A stretch of 64,000 nucleotides of DNA from Octopus vulgaris (GCA_951406725.2 OX597826.1:77438001-77502000); one strand, 5' to 3'; shown: positions 11,168 to 24,004, counted from the stretch's first letter. Numbers and translations: made by a program. The notes: a model not told the origin generated them from the sequence alone.

Positions 11168-11251
11168 TATATATATGCATATCTGAATACACACAAACAT
11201 TCAAACCTGCGTGCAAGCACTTACGCGTAGACGCATATATGTGTGTGTATG

Positions 11252-11317
<66 letters not shown>

Positions 11318-11914
11318 ATGCATGATATACGAGTACATGATTACATGCATATAATACCTAACGCATATGTTTATAATTATATATAGATATTGATGGGGAG
11401 TGCGTGTGTGTGTGTATAAATGCATGTATGCACATTGAAGTGTGTGTAACGCATGTCTGAATGTGCTTAAGTGTGTATGGTATGTGTTTCAGTGCATATA
11501 ATACTCCTGTTAAAAGTACGTGGTGTGTATACACACGTGGGCAACAAAAGCGACCCCATTGTGCAGTGTCAGGGTTAATAGGACCAGAGCCAGCATTAAT
11601 TGCCAGAAAACAAAAGCTCTGTCTGCCAATATCTATAAACGACCAACGCCACCCTCAATGAATAAAAGACTTTCTATGGCTGCCACCACTTCACTTCCCC
11701 ACTTTCCCACTTTCCTTCCAACCGCCACCGCCACTGCCGCCACACCACCAGTCTCAACCATTCTCTGTCTTCAGACCGACTCGCACACTCTTTTCGCCAA
11801 TGCGCCGTCATTACCACCAGGTAAGCTTCATTCAGACGCACAAATTAAATTGAAAAAACAAAAGTACGTCTATACTCTCTTTCTGTTTGTGTGAATGCAA
11901 GTGCATGCGAGCGT

Positions 11915-11952
11915 GCATATATTTGTGTGTGTGTGTATGTGTGTGTGTCTAT

Positions 11953-12048
<96 letters not shown>

Positions 12049-12110
12049 ATATATATAGCTATATATATATATATATATATATATACATACACATATATAT
12101 ATATATATGT

Positions 12111-12153
<43 letters not shown>

Positions 12154-12230
12154 CGAGGGAAGAGAAAGAGATAGAAAGAAAGAAAGAAAGAAAGAAAGAA
12201 AGTAAGAGAGAAAGAAATAGAGAGAGAGAG
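11915..12230. repeat. (TG)n/(CA)n/(TA)n/(AAAG)n microsatellite field
   Basis: Directly visible. Confidence 0.9.
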
Positions 12231-12495
12231 TGATGTAGTAATGGGTTTAAATACAATTTGGTCTCATACAAATATATTTACATGGAGTACAAAAAAAAAA
12301 GTGCACAACAAAAGTACAGAATAAGCAAATATGTTTCAGAAAGCTCGGAGTTGCGTAAAAACTATAATAAGCATAAATTGCAGATGGAATAAGCAGAAGA
12401 GTCATGAGTATGTAACTGATAACCAATCGCATGGAGATACTACAGTAAGTCCGGCTTCTTTCATTAAGAGAAGATTGGCAAATACGGTTCATATA

Positions 12496-12838
12496 TATTT
12501 CTTTATTGCCCACAAGGAGCTAAACACAGAGAGGACAAACAAGGACAGACAAACGGATTAAGTCGATTATACCAACCCCAGTGCGTAACTGGTACTTAAT
12601 CTATCGACCCCGAAAGGATGAAAGGCAAAGTTGACCTCGGCGGAATTTGAACTCAGAACGTAGTCTGCCGCTACGTTGTGAGTTCAAATTCCGCCGAGGT
12701 CGACTTTGCCTTTCATCCTTTCGGGGTCAATTAAGCAAGTACCAGTTACGCACTGGGGTCGATATAATCGACTTAATCCATTTGTCTGTCCTTGTTTGTC
12801 CTCTCTGTGTTTAGCTCCTTGTGGGCAATAAAGAAATA
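12496..12838. mobile_element. Inverted dimer of two 5'-truncated Nin-domain SINEs (~168-bp arms, 7-nt spacer)
   Basis: 12496-12663 (-) is the near reverse complement of 12671-12838 (+). Confidence 0.9.
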
Positions 12839-12905
12839 GGTATTTCATCCGACCACTTTCTGAGTTCTAATCTCAACTATAGCAGCCGTACATTTTATTG
12901 TTTTC

Positions 12906-12969
<64 letters not shown>

Positions 12970-13495
12970 AGTCAGACACATACTCAAGTGTGTGTGTGTG
13001 TGTATATATATATATTCACTTATGAATTGGAAGCATCACGAGGTATTAAGACTTACTTTCAGGTGTTTCTAACGCCAGGCGTATTGAGAATATATTCTCT
13101 TGTGTCTAAAACGCAACCAACCCACGAACTAACAACACACACACACACACACACTTTGAATATGTGCATTCGATTTTGTATATATATATATATATATAAC
13201 AAGAGAATGGAATGAACCGGTTTTAATCACAAGTCGCAACATTTGTTTCTGTGCACTGGTAACAGTTGTTAGTCGCTGAGTTTCCCATATCATACTATTA
13301 TAAATAATTACATAAATATAACAGTCTATTCCTTTTTCATATTCCACCTCTTCAAAGTCAGTGTCGCCCATAACAGTTAACGAAGAGGCTCGAATTACGA
13401 GAAATAACAGCCAATATCCTTTAAATCACATACATTCTACTGTTTTTAAATGAAGGTAGGACACATTTTTGATAATGTAGTGCTAGGTCCACTGT

Positions 13496-13890
13496 TACTT
13501 GTACTTGTGGCGACATTCACCCTGGGCGGGTTGAGTCGGCTTCTTCTCCCACCCTCGAAGCATCTCGAACCATGGCAGCGGAAGAAGTTTCGTGGGGAAT
13601 ATGAATTTCATAAGCGGTCCCCAACAATCCCGCATGTAGAGACATCCTGTTTGCCGCAGATTGTCCGCAGACGCAGGGACAGAAAGGACCGAGGAGCCGC
13701 CGGTTGCCGAAACAGACACTCTGAGGATTTTCACCAGAGCCCCGTCTGCCGGGTTGTGGCCCTAATACCACTCGGTGTCAGACCAATCCGCCTTGGGTGG
13801 CCCTACCAGGAACCGAAGTTCCCGACGGCATAGCTCTGACACTACCCGTTGCCAGCGTCCCCACCACGGTGAGGAGGGGATGGACTTTGG
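13496..13890 (-). mobile_element. Short non-autonomous RTE-type element (5' UTR fused to 3' tail)
   Basis: GC-rich; 5' part CCGTGGTGGGG..GAGCTATGCCGTCGGG..CCTGGTAGGGCCACCCAAGGCGGA resembles RTE/BovB 5' UTRs; ends in CAAGTACAAGTA repeats. Confidence 0.65.
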
Positions 13891-14227
13891 GTCCTCTCTG
13901 AAACCAAGTAATTTTCAAGACTTGAATGAACACCATTAATTAGAGTTCTGGTCGACCACGGATTACCTGAAGCCAAACAACAACAACAGCAACAACAACC
14001 TGCAATCAGCCAACATTAATTTCCAGTTAACCATTTCGCTTATCTCGGTTGTCAATCGGTTTTCACTTTATACCATATCTGTTATATCTTAATATCTTAA
14101 TAATGCTTTTTGATTTCACATGTGTCTGCGTGCACGTGCACGTGTATGTGTTCACGCGCGCATGCGTTCTGCTTATTTGAGTTTCAATAACTACTTATAT
14201 TTTTTTGTGGGTGTGTACTTACCTGCC

Positions 14228-14256
14228 TCTTTCTTTCTTTCTTTCTTTCTTTCTTT

Positions 14257-14328
<72 letters not shown>

Positions 14329-14402
14329 CCTGCCTTCCTTCGTTTCTTTCTTTCTCTGTTTATTTTTCTTCTATTTCAGTTACTTTTGTTTCCCTTTCTC
14401 TA

Positions 14403-14465
<63 letters not shown>
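14228..14465. repeat. (TTTC)n/(TC)n polypyrimidine microsatellite
   Basis: Directly visible. Confidence 0.9.
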
Positions 14466-15477
14466 ATTTCTCTGTGTCTGTGTGTGTTTTCTGGTGGCGA
14501 AACTCAGTGAACTCTAATGATCGTCGAATCGCTCCATCTACCGCGAGGTATTTGCTCAAATGAGAAGAGAACAATCTCAAAATAAGAAACCTTTTAAAAT
14601 TCCTCTCAGCAGCAAGTATACCGTCGATGCCTGTTAACACATTTGTATGGTATTGGACTGGAACGTGACAGACCTAGATTCCATAGACACGAGAAATCTA
14701 GTAAAAACTTACTACGTTCCACATTACAAGTCCGACATCAAAGAAGATAGTAAAACGTAAAGGAACAACGGATTAATTATTCCTGTTCTCTATCTTTCCG
14801 ATTCAATATAAATGCTTGCTTTATATGTACAATGGTTGATTAGGATCGTATAAAAATGGCGGTCTATTATAAGGTGACATGAAACTGTTAAAAATGTGAT
14901 ATTAATGAAAATAATAAGAATAATTTCTTAGGTAAGCAGAAGGCTATCAATTGTTGTGGGCAGAAAACAGTCGATTATATCGATCTCTGCATTGTATTGA
15001 GGCTTATTTTATTAACACAAGAAATATAAAAGAGAAAGCTGACCTCGGCAAGATTTGAATATAATCAAGATTTTCTTTATTAACCACAAAAGTCCACATC
15101 GTAAATAAAGTTGTTTTTTTTTAAATGATTACTAAAACATTACAAAACATGTTTGATACATTTATACATTAAACGGACAGTTTAAAACCGAATAAAAAAA
15201 TTAAACTGTAATATATAAAAGGACCCGCGATTGGGGTAGGTACTCCGTCTAGAGTCTATGAAGGCAACACTAAAGCCCGAACATCTTTCGCTCTGGATAC
15301 TTCAGTTTTCTAACTGAAACACCCTGGTTAAATTTAATGACTGACCTTTTCATCCATGGTAAGTTTGTGACTTGCAACAAATTTTCTTAATTGCAAACTA
15401 TATATATATTTTTTTTTGTGTGTGTGTGTGTGTATGTGCTTCTCCCCCCACTATCGCTTGTTTATTTCCTCGTGTTC

Positions 15478-15513
15478 CTTTCTGTTGAAGAGCGTAGGCT
15501 CGAAACGTAAAAG
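15478..15513 (+). ncRNA. Minimal hammerhead-like motif, core variant
   Basis: CTTT-CTGTTGA-A-GAGC-GTAG-GCTC-GAAA-CGT-A-AAAG; all stems pair but the core has A6>T. Confidence 0.55.
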
Positions 15514-16485
15514 ACTTTCTCTCTGTCTCCCCCACCTCTCTTTCTCTAACACACACACACATGTGTATACTCTCATACACACGTAAATAAAGAATGCATA
15601 AACACTTTTACAGAGTTCGAAAGAGTACAATGGAATGAGTTCCATCAAGAGACAGCATCAGACGTTTCAATACTGCATCACATCACAATCACCATCACAT
15701 ACACATTGCTTTACATAAAATCAGCAAAATAATTCTTGGTACAGCTAAAAGCATATCCCACAATGCAACACGAAAATACAACTCCCCCACACACCCCTGC
15801 AACCAAGCAACCAGAACACCAGAAACCGAGAATCTCATAAAAACCAGATTCAATTTCAAATACAATAAAACTAAATGATATACAAGAGCAAAAAAAATAA
15901 ATAAAAATAAATAATAAAAATTTAAATTTAAAAAAAAAAACATGTAAAGAAATATCTAAATACAATAAAGAAACTAAAACAATAGTATAACTCTATACAG
16001 GCTAATTAGCATCTCCCTCCTCTTCCTGCTCCTTTCATCATCATCATCATCGTCATCAACAACGGTCATGCTACATGTGATAAAAACAAACTCCAATACT
16101 CTACCCATCCGTTTTGCATAACCAAGCAAATACGTTTATCAAATGTCTCTCGAAAAGCAGCCAGGGAAAGCCACAAAAAGAAGGCAGGTACTCGAAGCGA
16201 AACACCACCTACCTTCCCTAAACCCTGATTTTGAAGCTTTCATTCCACCAGACAACCAAAACAACAACAACAACAGCAACACTCAAAACTATTGAGAAAT
16301 AAAAAATTGAAAACTGTCAGAGCTAAACAGGATCACAAACATACAAAACATGTAGACTTAGGGCTGGAAGGAAACGGTACGCAGACCGACACCGACAGCT
16401 CTTTTTATTCAACTGACAAATTCCAAGAAGGTAGATGATGGATAAAATTATAACAATTCTAAAGCCTCCACAAAATCTCAAGTGA

Positions 16486-16591
<106 letters not shown>

Positions 16592-16782
16592 TAGTAAAAA
16601 GTGAAAAAACTACAGAAGGCTTGTTTTAAAAGGTTAAAAAATATATATTTGAGTCCATATGTCTGAAGAATATTAAAAAATTTTTCATACAATGACATAG
16701 TTTAGAAGAAAGACCGGTTTCGCGTTTAGCTTTTCAAATTTCTTACGTCGTTATGTTTATGTTGAGCAGAGTTATCGTTATT

Positions 16783-16818
<36 letters not shown>

Positions 16819-16823
<5 letters not shown>

Positions 16824-17232
16824 TTTGAGGGAATATTAATCCTAACTTACAGGGAAAAAAATTCAATTTAGAAATACTAAATCAAATTTCACACAATATA
16901 ATATATATATAAAAATTAGAAAAAAACACATATTATTAATTCAAAATGAACAATTAAATTACACCATCTGAAAATTACATATAATAGAAATATTAAAATC
17001 AAAATCATAAAATACCGATGATTAAGTAAATTGCAAAAAAATAATAAAAACGTATATAATTGTTATTCTATCAATTATATACGTTTTTTTATTTTTTTGC
17101 AATTTACTTAATCATTGGTATTTTATTATTATTTTAATTTTAATATTTCTATTATATGTAATTTTCTAAACGGTGTAATTTAATTGTTCATTTTGAATTA
17201 ATAAAAGGTGTCTTTTACTAATTTATATATAT
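16819..17232. mobile_element. AT-rich fold-back element in (TA)n (~160-bp arms plus ~85-nt unpaired tail)
   Basis: Arms ~16903-17062 and 17072-17232, spacer TTATTCTAT; second partial copy at 46793-46975. Confidence 0.8.
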
Positions 17233-17270
17233 ATATATATATATATAACAAAGTATATATATGTATGTTA

Positions 17271-17301
<31 letters not shown>

Positions 17302-17479
17302 TGTGTGTAATAAAAGATTGTAAGTTGCTTTACGCAGGCGACGAACTAGTATGGCATTTCGTCCAATCAATAACACTTTACTCACCAATTTTCACCCAAC
17401 ATTTTAATGCTGTCACTCAAACTGCATAATACCCGCCAACATGGCTGCTTCTGTCAAAACCATTGCTTTCGGTACCATC

Positions 17480-18320
17480 AACGCCGCCACCGCCACCACC
17501 ACCATCTACCCCCCACAGCTTACACTAACTGTACAACAAAACCATTAACCACCATCAAGACCACTAATACCACGCCTCCCCCCATCACTACCACCTCCAG
17601 TATAACTAACACCAACACTGCCACAGCTACCCACTTCCGCCACCACATCATAACTACTACTACCAGCACCACAATTACCACCACCACCACCACCACCATC
17701 CCATCACCACCAAATCATCACTACCACCACCACCACCACTACCACCACTACAACCACCTCCATCGCTACCATCACCACCACCGCCACCACCACCACCTCC
17801 ATCACCACTATCACTACCACCATCATCACTACCACCACTACAACCACCTCCATCGCTACCATCACCATCACCATCGCCACCACCGCCACCACCAATACAC
17901 CACCACCTCCATCACCACCATCATCACTACCACTATCACCACCTCCATCACTACCATCACCACCACCATCACCACCACCACCACCACCACCACCTCCATC
18001 ACCACCACCTCCATCACCACCACCACTACAACCACCTCCATCGCTACCATCACCATCACCATCGCCACCACCGCCACCACAAATACACCACCACCACCTC
18101 CATCACCACCATCATCACTACCACTACCACCACCGCCGCCACCACCACCACCTCCATCACCTCCATCACCACCATCATCACTACAACCACCTCCATCGCT
18201 ACCATCACCACCACCATCACCACCACCACCATCGCTACCATCACCACCACCATCACCACCACCGCCACCACCACCACCACCATCACCACCACCACCACCT
18301 CCATCACCACCACCATCAAC
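17480..18320. repeat. (ACC/ATC/ACT)n trinucleotide low-complexity array with higher-order units
   Basis: CACTACAACCACCTCCATCGCTACCATCACCA recurs four times. Confidence 0.9.
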
Positions 18321-18742
18321 AAGCCACTTTGTCCATCTCGGTGTTTCCCTAACCATTTCCGTTAGAAAACAATCCGGTCCGTCCAATGGCTGGGTTTTGT
18401 TGTTTCGTCTTCTTTCAACGCTGCAACATTTGGTCACTCTTTTGTCTTTCTCCATCAATCTTCTGTTTTACTCTTCCATCTTTTGTCTTTATTCATTGTT
18501 TCGTGTCAGCATTTCCAACTGTTTTCCTATCATTGTTATATTACGACGACTTTTCCGAATTTATTATTATTCTTTCATTTTGTTTTGTTGTTTTTTTTTG
18601 CCCTGTTCCGTTTTGTTTTCGTTTTCTTTTTTCCTTCTTCTCTCGAATGTTTGGTTGTTTTAGCTTTTGGTTTTGCTTCCAATATTTCTTTAGGTGACAA
18701 CGTATGTAATTACCTGGACATAGCATCATAATATAATGTGAA

Positions 18743-19025
18743 TGAGAGGGAGAGAGAGAGAGAGAGAGAGAAAGAAAGAGGGAGAAAGAGGGAGAGAGAA
18801 AGAAAGAGGGAGAAAGAGAGAGAGAGAATGAGAGAGAGAGAGAAACAGAGAGAGAGAGAAAGGGAGAGAGAGAATGAGAGAGAGAGAATGAGAGAGCGAG
18901 AATGAGAGTAAACGACAAAGAGAGAGAAAATGAGAGAGCGAGAGAGATAGTAAAAGACAGAGATGGGAGAGAAAGTGAAAGAGAGGGAAGAGAAGAGATA
19001 AGAAGGAGGAGAGAGAGGTGAGAAA
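18743..19025. repeat. (GA)n-rich polypurine tract
   Basis: Directly visible. Confidence 0.9.
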
Positions 19026-19053
19026 ATGAAAGTCAGCATAAGAGATTGTGAGT

Positions 19054-19462
19054 GGCGAGCTGGCAGAATCGTTTGCACGCCGGGCGAAATGCTTAGCGGT
19101 ATTTCGTCTGAGGTTACGTTCTGAGTTCAAATTCCGCCGAGGCCGACTTTGCCTTTCATCCTTTCGGGGTCGATAAATTAAGTACCAGTTACGCACTGGG
19201 GTCGATGTAATCGACTTAATACCTATGTCTGTCCTTGTTTGTCCCCTCTGTGCTTAGTCCCTTGTGGGCAATAAAGAAATACGATTGTCTGAGGTTACGT
19301 CCTGAGTTCAAGTTCAGCCGAGGTCGACTTTGCGTTTCATCCTTTCGGGGTCGATAAATTAAGTACCAGTTACGCACTGGGGTCGATGTAATCGACTTAA
19401 TACCTATGTCTGTCCTTGTTCGTCCACTCTATGTTTAGTCCCTTGTGGGCAATAAAGAAATA
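19054..19462 (+). mobile_element. Tandem direct dimer of Nin-domain SINE (full copy plus 5'-truncated copy)
   Basis: 19054-19281 and 19287-19462; direct repeat GATTGTGAGTGG at 19044-19055 and 19464-19475. Confidence 0.9.
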
Positions 19463-19475
19463 CGATTGTGAGTGG

Positions 19476-20850
19476 TGTGAATACGATGAGGTAATAGGAG
19501 CACACATTAGTTAGGAACAAAGTCGGTGGGTATGCATTTCGTCACTTGAATGGGCAAGTCCAGTCTGCCAGCTTCAACGTTAGATGTCACTAGATCAAGG
19601 TCTGATTAAGGTACGTAGGGCTTGATTCAGTGCAGGTCTTCAAGTGGATAACATTATGGACGAAATTATGAGTAGAGTGGACCTTCCAGAAATGGGCCGA
19701 AAGAAATCTTATACGTTATTGCCTGATTATCGTTCCTTGATCCAGGTTGGCGGTCCTGCTCTTTCATTTCTTGTGAAAGGATCATGTTTCTCCGATCAGA
19801 GGATCTACTTGATATCACTTTCAATCTTCTCTGCGCAGAAAGCTCGCCATGCTGTGGCTGATATTGCACGAGCACGTTTTATGACTGCGACATCTGCATA
19901 GATTCCTGGATGTTGATCGTTGATCAGATGAGGTCATCGTTTTTCAATCACACTGTCTCACAAGGTCATCTTGATGGATCTTCGGTCCTGGATTAAGTGA
20001 AGACAACAATTAAGGCGTCTGGCATCTGGAATATTGTTTGGCTCTCACAGCATCGTGTTATCTGGACAATACCGAGCTCAGTGGTTAGAGCGTCGGGTTC
20101 ACAATCATGAGGTTAGTGAGTTCGATTCCCGGACCAGGCTGCGTGTTGTGTTCTTGAGCAAGACACTCTATTTCACGTTGCTCCAGTTCACTCACTTGTG
20201 ACGTCACTGGTTTCAAGCTGCATTGGCCTTTGCCTGTCCATTGGATGACACCAGTGGTGTGGAGAAGGGGGGCTGGTATGCATGGGTGACTTCTGGTCTT
20301 CCATAAACAACCTTTCCCGGATTTGTGCCTCGGAGGGGAATTTTCTAGGTGAAATCCCCATAGTCATTCATGACCGAAGGAGACCCCTCCCTTTACCGAC
20401 GGTAGAATATTCACTTAAGATCAACGGTAGCAATGAGCATTGATGTTCTTGAGAAGATCTGGGCTTCAGCGAAGACCTGCTAAGTACTTTACTCCTAGAA
20501 ATTTACTACCCAGGAAACCATGGGTAACTCTGAAAAGATCCATAGGTTGGTCTACCGATTCGGTAAAAACTCTCCAAGTATAGATACAGAATGGGGGTTG
20601 TTCAAAATACGGGGAGAACGACGAATCCAATCTACACTCACTTGTTCAATGTCAGAACATTGCTGATATGTGAGACTATAGCAAACAGTTGCTGGATCAA
20701 ATTGTCCACCGAGGCCCTTGTATAGATCACCCCCAATGTCATCATATAACAAGGAGGAGCAGGCAGTTTCCCCCTGTCTGGTGGCTACGACAAAATAAGC
20801 TGTAGAGTGGATGTGCTCGAAAGTGCTGAGGACATCTATATCTCTGATTA
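19476..20850 (+). mobile_element. Tx1/L1-clade LINE ORF2 relic (post-RT region and C-terminal zinc finger), interrupted by a SINE
   Basis: GAHIS*E.KSVG..*FSAGLQVDNIMDEIMSRV..QKWAERNL (~19495-19710); CSKYGENDESNLHSLVQCQNIADM*DY..NKEEQAVSPCLVA (~20598-20790). Confidence 0.65.
20075..20397 (+). mobile_element. tRNA-derived SINE with Meta-like domain
   Basis: GCTCAGTGGTTAGAGCG..GAGTTCGATTCCC..TTGTGTTCTTGAGCAAGACACTCTATTTCACGTTGCTCCAGTTCACTCA. Confidence 0.85.
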
Positions 20851-21043
20851 GTTCCCCCTCAGCTCTTTTATGTATTACTTGAAACGGAAGATGAGTTTGG
20901 AGAAGGAACCCGGAACCATGTGGTTGTGAAGCAAGCTACTTACCACATAGCCTGTATATATATATATATCGGCACAGGATACAATTATAAGATGATATAT
21001 TTTCGGTCGCAGAGTTGCCGATATAACAGCAGAAACATTTGGT

Positions 21044-21453
21044 AAATTACCCTTACATTGGTTTGGAAGACGGGGCAGCATGGAATGGTCTCCACGGTCA
21101 CCTGACCAGACACCAATGGATTTCTGTTTTTGGGGTGTTGTAAAGAACAAGGTTTATGAGAAGAATCCCAAAACAGTAAATGAATTAAAAGATTACATTT
21201 CTGACGCATTTCACTGAAATTGATGGAGATCGGAATTGGTGCTGCACTGTGTGTCAGAGTGTTCTGAAGAGGGTTGAAGAATGTTGCAATGTTGAAGGAG
21301 GACATTTTGAGCATCTGAGAGATGAAACATTGTCTGTTTAAGATGGGCATAAACAATGTGATTGTAAGGTAGAAATTTAAATGTAATAAAATGTTCTAAA
21401 AGAAATTTAAGGTGCCTACGTGATAACAGTAACCCTACTTTTGGGCCGCCCTG
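21044..21453 (+). mobile_element. Tc1/mariner-superfamily transposon 3' part (transposase C-terminus plus right TIR)
   Basis: WFGRRGSMEWSPRSPDQTPMDFCFWGVVKNKVYEKNPKTVNELKDYISDAF/TEI..RVEECCNVEGGHFEHL; ends ACTTTTGGGCCGCCCTG followed by TA. Confidence 0.9.
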
Positions 21454-21614
21454 TATATTGCACAGGGCCTGAACTTGACCTCGCGGTTACAGTCAATTTG
21501 ATTATTGATTGTATCGCTTTGAATTTTGACCGATTCTGAATTTCTCGACCCGGAAAAGAAATTAGTAATAACCTCGACATGATTTTAACTCAATGTAAAA
21601 AGAAACACAATTAA

Positions 21615-21990
21615 ATACTCTTTTCTACTCTAGGCACAAGGCCCGAGATTTTTGGAGAGGGCGCCAGTCCATTAGATCGACCCCAGTACACAACTGGTAC
21701 TTAATTTATCGATTCCGAAAGGATGAAAAGCAAAGTCGACCTCGGCAGAATTTGAACTCGGAACGTAAAGACAGCGAAACCTATTTCTATTTCTTTACTA
21801 CCCACAAGGGGCTAAACACAGAGAGGACAAACAAGGACAGACAAACGGATTAAGTCGATTATATCGACCCCAGTGCGTAACTGGTACTTATTTAATCGAC
21901 CCCGAAAGGATGAAAGGCAAAGTCGACCTCGGCAGAATTTGAACTCAGAACGTAAAGACAGCGAAACCGCTAAGCATTTCTGCCAGCTCA
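21615..21990 (-). mobile_element. Two tandem Nin-domain SINE copies with different 3' tails
   Basis: 21615-21781 and 21787-21990; both share CGTAAAGACAGCGAAACC at their 5' side. Confidence 0.85.
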
Positions 21991-22299
21991 CCACAATTAA
22001 ATACTGCGAGATTAATGGTTTCTTCCGGTTCTAACAATACCTCTCCCCGCCCCCATTCCTGCTTTTTCTGTCAATCATTTCTAACCTAGACTCGGGTCCA
22101 CGGATCGAATCGAATCGGATAATTTGACCCAAGCACTTGACTGCTCCTTTACTTAATATACACTCCGGAAGGATATAACACAACGCTGACGTCCGCAAGG
22201 TTTGAACTCGGTATGTAAAGAGCGGGAACAAATACTTCACGATATTTTGAACGGCCCCTAACGATTCTAGCCGTTCAGTCCACAAACGGATGGGATGAG

Positions 22300-22470
22300 T
22301 CGTATTTTGTCTGCCGTTACGTTCTGAGTTCAAATTCCGCCGAGGTCGACTTTGCCTTTCATCCTTTCGGGGTCGATTAAATAAGTACCAGTTACGCACT
22401 GGGGTCGATATAATCGACTTAATCCGTTTGTCCCCTCTGTGTTTAGCACCTTGTGGGTAGTAAAGAAATA
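22300..22470 (+). mobile_element. 5'-truncated Nin-domain SINE
   Basis: Matches 10937-11167. Confidence 0.85.
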
Positions 22471-23802
22471 TATATTCTTCAAGAAAAAACACAAACGAAA
22501 AACAAAATAAAAAGGCTGATACAACTTGAGTTAAGTATTTTTCTCTCCTGCTTTTATTTCACTTGTTATTTGTTGCGGTTTTTGTTTCCTCCACGACAGC
22601 AGGCATATGAGCGACGACCGTCGCAATATCGATCAATCGATTATCACTTTGGCTCTATTAAATCTTTTTCACTGATTTACACCACCGCCGCCGCCACCAC
22701 CACCACCATCCTCGTCGTCGATTATTCTCTTTTCTTCTCCCCTTCCCCTACTTAACTTTGTTTTCTCTCTCCCACCCCCACCCCGCTTCTTTCTTTGTCT
22801 TTACCTTCTCTATTTCTTCCTTTTCTTCTCTCTCTTTCTCTCCCTCTTTCTTTTCTGCTCTTCTTATTACGATAAATTCTTTTCACAGCCATTTTGTTGT
22901 ATAGACCAAGCTCTAAACAGCTGTAAACCTGCTACAACGAGTAATCATTAATTCCACACATACAAACACACAAATTAGAATCGAATATATACAAATGCAT
23001 ATATATATATACATACACACACACACACACTTGTTTTTCTATCATAGCTTGCTGAGATGACTTGGTGAGTTTTTGTAATTGTTTCTCAACCATAAAGCAA
23101 TATTATTATTATTATCATTATTATTATTATTATTATTATTATTACATATTACTTATTTTTGATAACAAAAATTGAACAATAATGTAGAACAACAGTATTG
23201 TCTTCGAGTTTTGAGTGCTGTGGTCAGGACACAATTATAAGTTTTTTTGTTTTGTGAGAGAGGTTTTTTCCGTCGGGCTGGGAGAGAGTTGGCTTATATT
23301 TTCATTAGTATCATTTTTTTCCCCTTTTTACTGTTTGTTTTGTATATTTTCTTTTGTATTTTTCCTTTTTAAAATCACACATCCTAAATACCCTGATTCG
23401 TATATCTAAATACATATGAATTATAGATCTAAATTGAATGAATTCTGCATCTAGAAGCACTAATGAATTATACAGCATTGTACGGTGAATGAATGACAAT
23501 TGTCTGTATTATGAATTGCCTGCAACTTGATGTGGTTATTGCACCTGATGAGCTTGCAACGCGACGAAACACCACGTGTTTTTTTTATCTAAAATTGGGG
23601 TCAGCGACAGATGGACTGCAACCAACAAGTGAACCAATGAGGTGCTCCCTAAAGGGCTCTCAACGGTCCTTTAAAGAAACTCAAATTTAATGCATCTGTA
23701 TATTATTGATAAGACGGTCTCTTTCGGGTAGATTTTTAGGCTCGGTTTGTTTAATTTTAGCTTAGATAAACATAGCCAGTGGGGCGGGGGATTGAAATAA
23801 TA

Positions 23803-23962
23803 GACGCAGTTGTGGCTGTGTGGTAAGTCGTTTGCTTCCCAACCATATGGTTACGGGTTCTGTCCTAATGTGTGGCACCTTGGGCAAGTATCTACTATAG
23901 CCTCAGGTCGAACAAAGCCTTGTGAGTGGGTTTGTTAGACGGAAACTAAAAGAAGCCTGTCA

Positions 23963-24004
<42 letters not shown>

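Noticed and set aside
13450-13833. 127-aa ORF with a hydrophobic N-terminus
   Set aside because: It is an antisense reading of a GC-rich retroposon and crosses the element boundary.
17407-18663. 418-aa His/Thr/Pro-rich ORF resembling a mucin or extensin
   Set aside because: It arises from a stop-poor (ACC/ATC)n array open in several frames and on both strands; no domain is recognisable.
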